DNA of 55,866 nt from a virus (taxonomy: Duplodnaviria; Caudoviricetes), in IMG/VR virus record IMGVR_UViG_3300033417_000010, positions 1 through 55,866 of that record. One strand, given 5' to 3'. Each line of letters begins with the position of its first letter. Position 1 is the stretch's first letter. Positions 18,699 through 28,219 of the stretch are shown here, in pieces. Made by a program: the position numbers and the translations under genes. A model generated the notes under the pieces. It did not search any database, was not told the DNA's origin, and was given only the letters and a program-made list of their open reading frames with translations.

Positions 18699-21287
18699 TC
18701 AGGAGAGCTGGAGATTCGTCCCGATGCAGAATGCCTCGGGGTAGCGAACGGCCGCGTCCGCGATCAGGAATACCGTGATCACGATCAGTCCCTGGCCGGC
18801 GAGCGTGTACGGGTCGACGATCAGCTCCATCGCGCCCCACTCGCCGATGAGCAGGTGCTCCCACGCGCCGAAGATGATTCCGTGCTCGGCACCGGACCCG
18901 AGCGTGCTCGAGAGCTGGTTCGACGCGAGCGCGCGGTAGCCGTTCATCTCGCCTTCGAGAACGGTGCCGGTCCAGAGCGGCATGCCGTTCGTCGTGGCGA
19001 ACACCTCGGTCTTCTTCGCGACACCACGGACACGCGGCGTGGTGACGTAGCCCATGCGACCGATATCGGCGTTGTCCGCCGCGATCTCGGTCTCCATGTC
19101 CACGACCTTCGCGTACGTGATCACGCCGTTGAACGCGACCGCATTCACGCCGGACTGGTTGTAGATGCCGGTCGGTTCGTTACCGCCCGCGCCGTGCAGC
19201 GCGGCCAGGTCGATGCCGATGCCCGAAATGGCGGCCAAGTCAGAGCGGACGAGCTGCTCGGTGTTGATGACGGACTGGGCGAGCAGCCGGCGGGAGAACG
19301 AGGTGCGGCTGGTCCCGTCGTTCGGACGGAGCTCCACCGACCCGGTGACCAGGTCGCTCAGCGCGACGTTGGATCCGGGGTTCTCCGCTCGCCACGAGAA
19401 CGTTCCCGCCGCCGTCTGCTTCGGGAAGTCGACGTTGCCCTGCAGGCCCGGCAGGAACGTCGCGCCCATGCGCGTCGTCACCATCCGGTTGCGCAGCATG
19501 TCGATGAAGCTGCCAGGCTCCGTGAAGACGAGCTCGGCGCCGGACGTCGCAACGCCAGCCGTCAGCGTCGCGCCCGGACGCCGCGGGTCCTCGTAGTCGC
19601 GGTCGAACCGACGGGCCGTGCGTGCGGCTGCTTCGTGATACGGGTCCGGCAGCGCCCGCAGTCCCGTCGGGATGATGACGCTGTTGCCGCGGAGCTTGCG
19701 GCCGCCGCGCGACTCGTAGCCGAGCGACTTCTGCGTCTCGAGCATGACCTCGCGCTCGAACTTCGCGTCGGACCAGTCGCCGTCCGCCGCAGCGTTGATC
19801 GCACGGACCACACTGAACCTCAGCTGATCTTCGGCGGTCCAGTCGAGGAGCTGCTTCGGCGGCGGTGCGCGGAACGGCTGTCCGTCCGACTGCGCCTTTG
19901 CCTTCAGGATCTCGGCGCTCACCTGATCGGCCGACAGGCCAACGTCGATCCAGCCCTCGGCCTTGTCGGCCATGCTCCATTCCTGGCAGAGGGCCATGAT
20001 GCCCTTCGCGCGCTGGCGCTCCGCGGCGGTCGCCTCGTCTGCCGTGATTTTCGTGGCCCCACCCGGGGCCGCAGTGACCTGGTCGGCCATGCTGGTCTCC
20101 TCGGCCGCGGGGGCCGTGTTGAGTTCGGGGGCAGGCTGATCGGGCACGGCCGCTGCCCCCTCATCGGCCGCGTCGTCTTCGTCCTCGTCCTCAGTCTTCG
20201 ACTCGTCATCATCGAGCGGATCCGACTCATCGTCGGACAAGTCGCCCGCGTCCGGGTCGTCCTCGTCATCGATGTAGTCGCTGGCTCCCAGCGTGACGAC
20301 CGGGACCGGCAGCACAGCGCGCTCGGCGACGATGCCGCGCGCTTCGATCTCGGCTGCGATCTCGATCGAGCGGGATTCGGGAATGGCCGCGGCGAGCTTG
20401 CGCGCCTCCTCGGTCGCGGCCTTCGCGCGGGCTTCGGCGAGTGCGTTCGGCTCGACGCCGAGCTCGGAGAGGACCTGCTCGAGCGTGGCGACGCGGTCGG
20501 CGAGGCCTGCGCCGACAGCGCGCTTCGCCGTCAGCACATCGCCCTGGCCATAGCCCTTCCGGACAGCATCCGGCGTGGTGCGGCGGTTGCGCGCGACGGC
20601 CGCGACAAACTGGTCGTAGTAGTCGTCGACCATCGTCTGCATGCGCTCGCGGGCACCGTCCGGCAGCGGCTCCATGGAGTTCGCTTCCGCCTTGTGGAGG
20701 CCGGCGCGGATGATCGTGTTCCTGATGCCCATCGCCGCGTCCATCTCGCTGAACTCGGTGTGGACCCAGAGCACGCCGATCGAACCGATCATGCCGGACG
20801 GGGTGATCACGATTTCATCGGCCGACGAGCCGATCCAGTACGCGGCGGACGCCATCAGCGAGTTCACGACGGCCACGATCTTCTTCTGGCCGCGGGCGGC
20901 GTAGATCTTCTCGGCGAGTTCCGGAACGCCGCTGACGTTGCCGCCCGGTGAGTCGACGTCGAGCACGATCGCGCGGACGTCCTGGCTGTTCAGCGCGGCG
21001 TCGATCTGGGCGCCGAGCTTTTCGGTCGACGTTCCGCCGCTGTACTCGGTCAGCATGTTCGCGCGCTGCGTGATACAGCCCGTCAGTGGGATCACGACGA
21101 CGCCGCCGCGGGACTGCACCTTCCCGTTCCGGCTGCTCGATGTGAGTGCGCGTACTTCATCGGCCGAGAGCGAGCCGCCCGCGGCGCGAAGCTCGAGGAA
21201 GGCGCAGATCTCCTCGAGCTTCGATTCCTGGATGGCCCATGCGGTCGAGCCGAAGGCGGACAGCAGCCGCCTCGGATTGTCGATCAT
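18699..21287 (-). CDS. Fused S49/ClpP-like prohead protease, scaffold and HK97-fold major capsid protein
   Basis: VDSPGG, MASAAYWIGS, GSIGV (S49 motifs); acidic linker; capsid motifs DLAALHG.G..EPTGI and IFGAWEHLLIGEWG. Confidence 0.9.
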   Translation of the reverse strand: MIDNPRRLLSAFGSTAWAIQESKLEEICAFLELRAAGGSLSADEVRALTSSSRNGKVQSRGGVVVIPLTGCITQRANMLTEYSGGTSTEKLGAQIDAALNSQDVRAIVLDVDSPGGNVSGVPELAEKIYAARGQKKIVAVVNSLMASAAYWIGSSADEIVITPSGMIGSIGVLWVHTEFSEMDAAMGIRNTIIRAGLHKAEANSMEPLPDGARERMQTMVDDYYDQFVAAVARNRRTTPDAVRKGYGQGDVLTAKRAVGAGLADRVATLEQVLSELGVEPNALAEARAKAATEEARKLAAAIPESRSIEIAAEIEARGIVAERAVLPVPVVTLGASDYIDDEDDPDAGDLSDDESDPLDDDESKTEDEDEDDAADEGAAAVPDQPAPELNTAPAAEETSMADQVTAAPGGATKITADEATAAERQRAKGIMALCQEWSMADKAEGWIDVGLSADQVSAEILKAKAQSDGQPFRAPPPKQLLDWTAEDQLRFSVVRAINAAADGDWSDAKFEREVMLETQKSLGYESRGGRKLRGNSVIIPTGLRALPDPYHEAAARTARRFDRDYEDPRRPGATLTAGVATSGAELVFTEPGSFIDMLRNRMVTTRMGATFLPGLQGNVDFPKQTAAGTFSWRAENPGSNVALSDLVTGSVELRPNDGTSRTSFSRRLLAQSVINTEQLVRSDLAAISGIGIDLAALHGAGGNEPTGIYNQSGVNAVAFNGVITYAKVVDMETEIAADNADIGRMGYVTTPRVRGVAKKTEVFATTNGMPLWTGTVLEGEMNGYRALASNQLSSTLGSGAEHGIIFGAWEHLLIGEWGAMELIVDPYTLAGQGLIVITVFLIADAAVRYPEAFCIGTNLQLS

Positions 21288-22846
21288 CCGTGCCTCCCGT
21301 TGCCGTTGGGCTGGAGGTGCGCGAAGAGGCGGCTGTCCATGAGCCGGGCGCGCAGCGATTCGGGCAGGTCGTCAAACGCCTCACTGTCGGGCCCGGCGTT
21401 CTCGTTCGAATTGCTGGTCGAGGTGTCCGTCGAGAGCGTCACGCCGATCTCCGCCGCGAGTGCCTCCTCCATCGCCAGCTCGGTCAGGATCTCCTCGAAG
21501 TCGCGGCCCTGTTCGGCGGCGAGGCGCGTTCGGCTGTTCAGGCCCATGCGGATCTGCAGCGCGTTCGCCTTCGAATCCTTCTCCGGGTCGACCCACGGGA
21601 AGCCGCGCGGCAGGAACCGGTGACGGAGCCACCGGGCGCGATTGCGGTCGGGCAGCTGCAGCGCGCCCGAGAGCTGCGCGTACGCGAACCATGTCCGGTA
21701 GACCGGCGTGCAGAAGTGGGTGATGTCGTGCTGCTGGAGCCGGCGCCACGCGTCGCGCTCGTTCAGCAGGCCGGCACGGATGGAGGAGAAGTTGACCTGC
21801 GTCAGATCGTTCGCCAACGATGCGTAGCTGACGTTCAGCCCGTTCGCGATGCCCCGGATCATCGCCTTGTGAAACTCGTTGTACGCGTCGTTCGGATGCT
21901 TGGGGTCGCGCTCCTGGTACTCCCAGCCGGGCGGCAGCGCGTGATACGACAGCGGCTCGACGTCGACCGAGTACTGCTGGTCGGCCTTCGGTGCGTTCGG
22001 GTCCTGCGCGCTCTCGGGTGAGCGTGTGAAGAAGCCGCCCTGCGCCGCGGCGCCACGCATCCCGACGACCTCGGCCTCCTCGTAGCCGTGAATCATCCGC
22101 AGCTTGAACAGCGCCGGCGCAAACCACGGGACGCCCCGTGTCTGACCGGCGCGCAACCGCTTGAAGTCGTGGATGATGAACTCGGCCGACTTGCGTTCGC
22201 GGGCGCGGCGCGTGAAGCCGCTCTCGGCCGGGTGGCGGTCATATAGCCAGTACGCGACCGGGCGGCCCCAGACGTCGATCTCGACGCCCATGCGAATCTC
22301 GTTCTGGCCGGTGCCTCGGTATTCGTTGTACTGCTCGTCGAGCTGGTCGGGATCGAGGATCTGGAGCGCGAAGCCGAACGCGCGGCCCGCCATCGGGACC
22401 ATGCGGATCAGGTACTCACCGTCCTGGGCGCGCGTCCGCGTGTTCAGTGCGAGCACTTCGGCGAACGACATGCCACCGTCGACAGTGCAGTTCGCCGGTT
22501 CAGACCATTCGTGCCACGCATCCTCGATGCGCTGATTGATGCCGCGGTCGAGCATGTTGTCCGGCCGCTTGACCGTCGCCTGCAGACGCATGCCATGCTC
22601 GCCGATCTCCTGCTCCTCGAGGAGATGGAGGTATTTCGTCGCGAGCTCGTTGTTGCGGGCGAGCTCTCGGGAGCGGGCGCGGAGCTGGCGGAGATCGGCG
22701 CGCGTCTCCTGATCGGCCGACTGGATCGAAGCGAGCACCCAGTCCATCGTGAACCGATTCGACTGGGCCCCGCGGTATGCGCTCGATCCGCCAGTGAATG
22801 CGGCGGGTCCGCCGAGCTCGGAGGCCGCGCGGAACGGATTACGCAT
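21284..22846 (-). CDS. Portal protein, lambda family
   Basis: LRARSRELARNN, GQTRGVPWFAP, NFSSIRAG, WVDPEKD motifs. Confidence 0.92.
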   Translation of the reverse strand: MRNPFRAASELGGPAAFTGGSSAYRGAQSNRFTMDWVLASIQSADQETRADLRQLRARSRELARNNELATKYLHLLEEQEIGEHGMRLQATVKRPDNMLDRGINQRIEDAWHEWSEPANCTVDGGMSFAEVLALNTRTRAQDGEYLIRMVPMAGRAFGFALQILDPDQLDEQYNEYRGTGQNEIRMGVEIDVWGRPVAYWLYDRHPAESGFTRRARERKSAEFIIHDFKRLRAGQTRGVPWFAPALFKLRMIHGYEEAEVVGMRGAAAQGGFFTRSPESAQDPNAPKADQQYSVDVEPLSYHALPPGWEYQERDPKHPNDAYNEFHKAMIRGIANGLNVSYASLANDLTQVNFSSIRAGLLNERDAWRRLQQHDITHFCTPVYRTWFAYAQLSGALQLPDRNRARWLRHRFLPRGFPWVDPEKDSKANALQIRMGLNSRTRLAAEQGRDFEEILTELAMEEALAAEIGVTLSTDTSTSNSNENAGPDSEAFDDLPESLRARLMDSRLFAHLQPNGNGRHG

Positions 22847-23126
22847 CGCGCTTCTCCGTCCGGCTCAGGCGGTCGAGGCCCTCGACGACAACAGCGCGGA
22901 TTGGCTTGAGTCCGACGAGCGCCAGCAGCACCAGGCCGGCGCTGAACCGCCACGTCACAGGGGACGTCAGGGATGCGATCGCCGACGTCGTGAGGGCCCA
23001 ACCGGCGAGCGCCAGACCAGCCGTCGACCACTCCCGGATCCATCCCTTGATCCGCCCCCCCCGAACCGGCTGGATCTGACGCTCGGCGAGCTTGCGCGCG
23101 GGGCTAGACAAACTGCCCCCTGACAC
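22839..23126 (-). CDS. Small two-TM membrane protein
   Basis: Two hydrophobic stretches; start codon uncertain. Confidence 0.5.
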   Translation of the reverse strand: MSGGSLSSPARKLAERQIQPVRGGRIKGWIREWSTAGLALAGWALTTSAIASLTSPVTWRFSAGLVLLALVGLKPIRAVVVEGLDRLSRTEKRDA

Positions 23127-23664
23127 TCTGGAACACCTTTCCGGTGCGCTGCTGGCGGATCTCGTCGCGCCATTGGCCGAGTTGCCGCATCAAAGACTCT
23201 CGGTCCGACTGGCCGAGTTCCTCTTCCCGATCACCCTGCTTCCAGCGCGATACGCCCTGCGTCGCGCTCGTCGTCGACAGCGCGAGCAGCTCGGCCTCGA
23301 TCTTCGCGACCATCTGCTCGGCGAACGTGCCAGACGGCGTGCCCTCGACGGGATCCGGCTCGACCGTGATGTAGCTGTCGTGGACGATGAACCGGTCGCC
23401 GGACGTGAGCTCGACGCGGCCGACGAGACGGTAGAGGCCGGGCGGGTAGTCCTTGGAGGAATTGCCGGTATGGCGAAGCTCGAACTGGTCGTCCGCGCCA
23501 GCGGACGTTGTGAGCCCGATCGCGGCCGCCGCGCCCTGGCGCAGGAAGTACGTGAGCTCCCACCCGTCGCTCGGGAGGTGGTCGCTCAGGTACTTGTCCC
23601 ACTGCCAGCTCTCGCCGGCTACCAGCCGGGTCGGCTCGACCGTCGGGATCGTCTCGTGCGGCAC
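23104..23664 (-). CDS. Head-tail joining (gpW-like C-terminus) protein
   Basis: N-terminal EPTRLVAGESWQW..DGWELTYFL domain plus helix-hairpin-helix C-terminus; between terminase and portal. Confidence 0.65.
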   Translation of the reverse strand: MPHETIPTVEPTRLVAGESWQWDKYLSDHLPSDGWELTYFLRQGAAAAIGLTTSAGADDQFELRHTGNSSKDYPPGLYRLVGRVELTSGDRFIVHDSYITVEPDPVEGTPSGTFAEQMVAKIEAELLALSTTSATQGVSRWKQGDREEELGQSDRESLMRQLGQWRDEIRQQRTGKVFQSVRGQFV

Positions 23665-23679
23665 GCGCTACCGCCAACG

Positions 23680-23741
23680 CAGAAGGGGGCGCCCCCATTC
23701 CCCCGACCCAAGCGGTCGAGAATCAGGGAGCGCCCCCTCTT
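23680..23741 (-). promoter_or_regulatory. Long imperfect stem-loop in the leader of the head genes
   Basis: GGGGGCGC/GCGCCCCC outer stem, inner ATTC/GAAT and CGACC/GGTCG pairs. Confidence 0.5.
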
Positions 23742-23824
23742 ACTGCGGAAGCGCAGAAGCCGCCCTCACGGCTACAACTTGCGTCTATACGTTATCCACA
23801 ACGCTCGGTGTTTCGCAAGTGCCA

Positions 23825-24094
23825 TCAGTAGGAATTGAGCCAGCGCGACGCCGAGGTGTCCAGGCGTGGCGGGCGTGCGTGCGAGGGCACTGCGTGCGCG
23901 TAGTCGGCTGCCCGGATCAATACGACATGCTTGCAGCGGACCCGGGGCCGCACCTCGTGCTGGCAGATGAAGTGCGTGACGACCTCATCCGGCGGCAGTT
24001 CCTCGGCGAACCGGCGCATCCGGGCCGTCGTGCGATGCGGCGTCTGACTATGGCAGCACTCGCACTCGACCGGCAGCGCGAACCATTTCGTCAT
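23825..24094 (-). CDS. Small Cys/His-rich (zinc-ribbon-like) protein (89 aa)
   Basis: GAGGGGG RBS; CECC..., C-x8-C motif; 3' part of a longer spurious ORF. Confidence 0.6.
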   Translation of the reverse strand: MTKWFALPVECECCHSQTPHRTTARMRRFAEELPPDEVVTHFICQHEVRPRVRCKHVVLIRAADYAHAVPSHARPPRLDTSASRWLNSY

Positions 24095-24105
24095 ACGATC
24101 CCCCC

Positions 24106-26034
24106 TCAGAATCGGTTCGCCCACGAACCGCCGCCGCCCGCCGCCGCGGCTTCGGGTTGCTCGGGCTTCGATGGCGGCTCCGGCGGCTTCGACCATTCGT
24201 CCGCGCGGTTCTTCAGCTGAGATCTCACCGTCGGGCCGAGCGTATGGAGCGCGGCAAGGCCCAGAACGTACAGGTCGATCGCCTCGTTTCGTCGCTCGAT
24301 CTGGACGAATTTCGCCCGGTAACGCCCTGCACTGCGCTTTTCTTCGCGCTTTTCGGCCCGAAACTGCTGGATGAAGTTCGCATCCGCGCCCATGGGGAAC
24401 GCGACAGGCAGATGGATGTAGCCGGGCGCCACCAGTCCCGGTTCCGGCTGCTTCATCTTGAGTCGCTCGAACAGCGAATTCTTGAATGAGTCGACCTGCA
24501 CGGTCCAGGGCATCACGCCGTACTTGTTCGGCCGCTCGGCGCGTGAGAGCACGTTCTTCGCGCGGGTGTCGTAGCCGAGCATCGCCGACACGCCCTCGGA
24601 CTCCTTGCCGCGGACGTACGGATAGACGACACCGGGGCCCTTGTGCCGGGCGTCGACGCCGACAGGCCAGATCAAGACCTCCCGCCCACTCTCGTGCAGC
24701 CATTTGCGCTGCCGGATCGCTTCGACCGTCGCGAACGTGCCGGCCGTCTCCGGGTCGCCGTAGATCCGCTCGTGATAGACGAGCCAGCATTCCTCGCCTG
24801 TGCCCCAGCCCCACACGGCCGCTTCGATCCAGTCCGCCTGAACATCCACTGACATCGACAGGATTCCGACGCCGTGCGGCACGTCGATCTCGCGGCCCCC
24901 TTCTTCGATCGGGCGCCGCCAGTTCTCCCGGCGCGACTCGAGGCGGCTCGTGGATATGTCTTCGTTCGACTCGGTGTAGACCTCGGCGAGAACCGTGTTC
25001 ACGAAGCCGCGGCGCGCGACTGGATCCGGGTACACGGTGAGCCACTCGTCGACGAGCTTCGGCCACTCGGATCCAGCGAGCGTGACGGACAGCGCGGAGA
25101 AGTGGAAGCCGTATGACCGGGCGGACCCGTCTCGCACCGGTTCGCCGTCCTCCGTCAGATACTTTCCCTGCGGAATAACCGCGTGCTTCTCCTCGTCGTA
25201 GAACACGCAGCCGTTCACCGCGCAGACGTAGTACGCCGTTTCCGGGTTGCCACGCTCCCACTTCATGCCGAACGGCGTATCGCGGTCGCCCCAGCGGAGG
25301 ACCTGGTACTCGTCGCAGTGCGGGCATGGCACGTGGAAGCGGCCGCGACGTTGGGCCTGGTCGTACAGCTTCTTGATCCGCGAGCGCTCGTGTGTCGGCG
25401 TGGAGATCCAGAGGTATTGGCGGTCGGGCGAGCGCTCCGCGCGGCGACGGGCCAGCGTGATCTGGTCGCCCTCGCTGCCAGCCGACTCGGCCCATCCGTC
25501 GACGTCGTCGCCGGCGACGATGCGGACCGTGACCATTCGGAAGCCGCGGGCCGAATTCGATCCGACGAGACCGAGCCAGCCGCCGGGGAACTGCTTCTCG
25601 AGGATCGTGTTCGCGCCATCGCGAGACCGGGGGTCGCTGACACGGCCGGCGAGCGGTGGCCGCTCGATGATCGGCGCGAGCTTCTTCTTCGACCACTTCT
25701 CCGCCTCGTCAATTGACGGCAGGATCACGAGGATCGGGCAGGGATCCTGGTCGATGTGATAGCCGAGCACAGTGAGCAGCAGACCGTCCGTCGCACCGGC
25801 CTGCGTCGGCTTCATGACAGTGACTTCCTCAGTCTCTGGGTCCTCAAGTGCGTCGATGATGTCGATCAGGTACGGCGTCCGGTCGAACCGTAGGGGAATC
25901 TTGCCCGACACGCCGACGAGACGGTTCTGCTCGCCCCATTCCCGCCGCGTGACCAACGGCTCAGGGCGGAACCGGTCTGTCGCCTGGCGTTCAGCTTCGG
26001 CGACGCGACTTTCGAGTAGTGCGGCGTCGCTCAC
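24106..26034 (-). CDS. Terminase large subunit, lambda GpA family
   Basis: TPYLIDI, KPTQAGAT (Walker A variant), GDDVD, ISTPT, VPCPHC, SVDVQ motifs. Confidence 0.95.
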   Translation of the reverse strand: MSDAALLESRVAEAERQATDRFRPEPLVTRREWGEQNRLVGVSGKIPLRFDRTPYLIDIIDALEDPETEEVTVMKPTQAGATDGLLLTVLGYHIDQDPCPILVILPSIDEAEKWSKKKLAPIIERPPLAGRVSDPRSRDGANTILEKQFPGGWLGLVGSNSARGFRMVTVRIVAGDDVDGWAESAGSEGDQITLARRRAERSPDRQYLWISTPTHERSRIKKLYDQAQRRGRFHVPCPHCDEYQVLRWGDRDTPFGMKWERGNPETAYYVCAVNGCVFYDEEKHAVIPQGKYLTEDGEPVRDGSARSYGFHFSALSVTLAGSEWPKLVDEWLTVYPDPVARRGFVNTVLAEVYTESNEDISTSRLESRRENWRRPIEEGGREIDVPHGVGILSMSVDVQADWIEAAVWGWGTGEECWLVYHERIYGDPETAGTFATVEAIRQRKWLHESGREVLIWPVGVDARHKGPGVVYPYVRGKESEGVSAMLGYDTRAKNVLSRAERPNKYGVMPWTVQVDSFKNSLFERLKMKQPEPGLVAPGYIHLPVAFPMGADANFIQQFRAEKREEKRSAGRYRAKFVQIERRNEAIDLYVLGLAALHTLGPTVRSQLKNRADEWSKPPEPPSKPEQPEAAAAGGGGSWANRF

Positions 26035-26524
26035 TCTTCCTCGGCTTCGGCTTCGTGCCGTTCGTGTGCGAGCCGGCCAACTCGTTCAGCAGCTCGTTCA
26101 CGAGCCGGCGCAGTCGTTGCTGCGCCTGCCTGGTCTTCACCTCCGGGAACTCCGGCGGCCAGCGAGAGGGCAGGCCTTTCAGTGTCGCGTTCCATGAGTC
26201 GACGAGGCGCGAAATCCGATCGCGGTGAAGCTCGATCGGCATCAACGATCCCTCGAGCGCGGCGGCCTCCATTTCGGCTTTCCGGGCCAACGCATCCATG
26301 CGCCTCGTGCGCGCCGCCTCGTGCGCTTCGCTGGCTTCGTTCCGCGGCCGGATCTGCTCGCGGAGATAGTTCACGTACCAGCGAACGCACTCGGTCTCGG
26401 GGAACCGGCCGCGCGACGACTTCGGCAGACCGTGCTCCTTCACGAGCTGGTTCACGCGCTGGGGCGTGAGGTCCAGCAGCTCCGCCAGCTCGGTCGCCGT
26501 GACGGTGCGCGGTCGCTTCGGCAT
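25991..26524 (-). CDS. Terminase small subunit, Nu1-like
   Basis: N-terminal wHTH (ELAELLDLTPQRVNQL..GLP..RGRF..CVRWY) and coiled coil; directly upstream of TerL. Confidence 0.85.
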   Translation of the reverse strand: MPKRPRTVTATELAELLDLTPQRVNQLVKEHGLPKSSRGRFPETECVRWYVNYLREQIRPRNEASEAHEAARTRRMDALARKAEMEAAALEGSLMPIELHRDRISRLVDSWNATLKGLPSRWPPEFPEVKTRQAQQRLRRLVNELLNELAGSHTNGTKPKPRKSERRRTTRKSRRRS

Positions 26525-26615
26525 TCATCGGGTACGGCGAAAGAAAGGGCCCATAAATCGATTCCCCATGGCTACAGAACTGTTTTCCGGGCTTCGCCTG
26601 CGCTACTGACCTGCG

Positions 26616-26628
26616 CCGGAAGGACCCG
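26616..26628 (-). other. cosQ-like motif (putative cos region)
   Basis: Minus strand CGGGTCCTTCCGG contains lambda cosQ GGGTCCT, in the intergenic gap just upstream of TerS. Confidence 0.6.
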
Positions 26629-26658
26629 AAACTTTTTGCGGGACCTTTTTACTGCCCT

Positions 26659-26961
26659 CTACTGAGGACGATCTGTCGTATTGGCCTTCTTCGCTGTCCG
26701 CCGGCGTCGCTTGCGCGGCTTGGGCTCCGGCTCGGGTGCGGTCTCCGCGGACGCCATCGCCTGCGCGACCTGGTGCCGCACGATGATGACCGACTCCTGC
26801 GGCTCGACGTTCTCGGGCGGCGGTGGCAGTGTCGAGCCACCCGGCTCCTGCCACTTCATGCCGCGTCGATCCTCGTGCGGACTCGTCGTCTGGTGATAAT
26901 GCCCCGCGTCCAGGACGCAGCGGATCTTTCCTTGCGCCCGGCTGGCCGTGCACGTGCTCAT
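26659..26961 (-). CDS. Small protein: C..CVL.xGH..H motif, Pro linker, basic tail
   Basis: Start MSTCTAS with GGAGG RBS; C-terminal KPRKRRRRTAKK. Confidence 0.6.
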   Translation of the reverse strand: MSTCTASRAQGKIRCVLDAGHYHQTTSPHEDRRGMKWQEPGGSTLPPPPENVEPQESVIIVRHQVAQAMASAETAPEPEPKPRKRRRRTAKKANTTDRPQ

Positions 26962-27569
26962 GTCGTCACTCCCTCCAGAAGCCATTCCCGCGTCGGCGCC
27001 CCGTGCACCTCCCGCGTCCAGCCGCTCATGCTGCGCACCCTGCCGTCGAAGTGGTGCATGACCTGCTTCCACTCCGTCTGGAACGTCGTCGCCCCGGCGA
27101 ACCCCTTGGCCGGCTCATCGAAGTGGCCGCGATCCTCCATCGGTATCCCACAGAGCACAATCCGCGGGAAGCCGACGGCCACCTTCACGGCCAGCAGTCC
27201 GGACGTGCCGCGCCAGCGTGGCGTGATCCGGTCCACGTTCCATTGCGCCCAGTGCGGCAGCCCTCGATCGGACCAGCGGACAGCGTCGAGGTTGCCGCCC
27301 CGGATGCGGCGCTGGTCCATCCAACCGGGCATGCTGTCGGGCAGGCCCAGCCACCACTCCGGATGCAACGTCACCCAGTGATCCACGTGGCCCGGGTAGT
27401 AGACGCCGGCCGCGTTCGTGGCGATGATGGTCGGTATCTGGAACGACGGCGGCGGAGCGGGGAACGGCCAGCCGTTGTTGAGCACCTTCAGTCCGGAAAG
27501 CAGGGCGAACGACTCGATATCATCCCACAGACAATCCGCTCCGCCGAGCACGAGGGCGATCCCGTTCAC
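26958..27569 (-). CDS. Maf/DUF115/sialyltransferase-like protein, paralogue 3
   Basis: ALVLGGADCLWDD, IATN, DHWVTLH, GTSGLLAV, IVLCGIPM, RVRSMSGWT motifs. Confidence 0.65.
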   Translation of the reverse strand: MNGIALVLGGADCLWDDIESFALLSGLKVLNNGWPFPAPPPSFQIPTIIATNAAGVYYPGHVDHWVTLHPEWWLGLPDSMPGWMDQRRIRGGNLDAVRWSDRGLPHWAQWNVDRITPRWRGTSGLLAVKVAVGFPRIVLCGIPMEDRGHFDEPAKGFAGATTFQTEWKQVMHHFDGRVRSMSGWTREVHGAPTREWLLEGVTT

Positions 27570-28219
27570 GCTATCGCCTCCAGTCCGAGCCACTCGGGAT
27601 CCGGCCGCCCGAGCCACTCCTCGGTCCGGCCGCTCATCGACTTCACCCTCCCGCGCATATCGCGAAGCTTCGCCTTCCAGTCCCGCCAGAACGTCGCGCA
27701 TGCATGCCACGGCTCCGCATCGTCGAAGTGCGGCTGACTGTCCATCGGCACGCCGCACAGAACGATCTTCTCCGCGCCGAGCACGAACGCGACCGATACC
27801 GCCAGCAGTCCGCTTGTTCCCTTCCAGTGCGGCGCCACGAGGTCCGCGTTCTGTGCGTACGGCTGGCCCTCGCGCGTCCAGATCAGCGGCCGCGGCAACC
27901 GGGCCGGCCACTGCGCCAGGCTCGCCGGGATCTCGTCGGCGTGCATGCACACCCAGTGGTCCGTTCGGTCCGGGTAGCGCAACGCCGCGCGGTTGACCGC
28001 GAGCGTGACGCCACGCCACGGTCCGACCATCGCTTCGAGTGCGGCGAGGTCTTCGTCGAGGCACTTTGCGCCGCCGAGGATCAGGGCGCGGCCCCCCATC
28101 AACTGCATGACTGTTTTCGCCACTTCGAACCTTTCGATCTGCGCAATGGCAGCCCGGAACAGACGGTTCGCGTGAAGGTCGTGCGTTATGGCTGAATCCT
28201 CAACGCTCCGCTGCTTCAC
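27566..28219 (-). CDS. Maf/DUF115/sialyltransferase-like protein, paralogue 2
   Basis: ALILGGAKCLDED, LAVN, DHWVCMH, GTSGLLAV, IVLCGVPM, RVKSMSGRT motifs. Confidence 0.65.
   Translation of the reverse strand: MKQRSVEDSAITHDLHANRLFRAAIAQIERFEVAKTVMQLMGGRALILGGAKCLDEDLAALEAMVGPWRGVTLAVNRAALRYPDRTDHWVCMHADEIPASLAQWPARLPRPLIWTREGQPYAQNADLVAPHWKGTSGLLAVSVAFVLGAEKIVLCGVPMDSQPHFDDAEPWHACATFWRDWKAKLRDMRGRVKSMSGRTEEWLGRPDPEWLGLEAIA

Noticed and set aside
18855-20951. Long plus-strand ORFs (also 7763-9310, 41259-43109, 49495-51618, 51582-53249)
   Set aside because: Antisense shadows of real genes in high-GC DNA; Arg-rich composition with no motifs.
23825-25696. 623-aa ORF overlapping terL
   Set aside because: Alternate-frame artefact; only the last 89 codons have an RBS and protein-like content.
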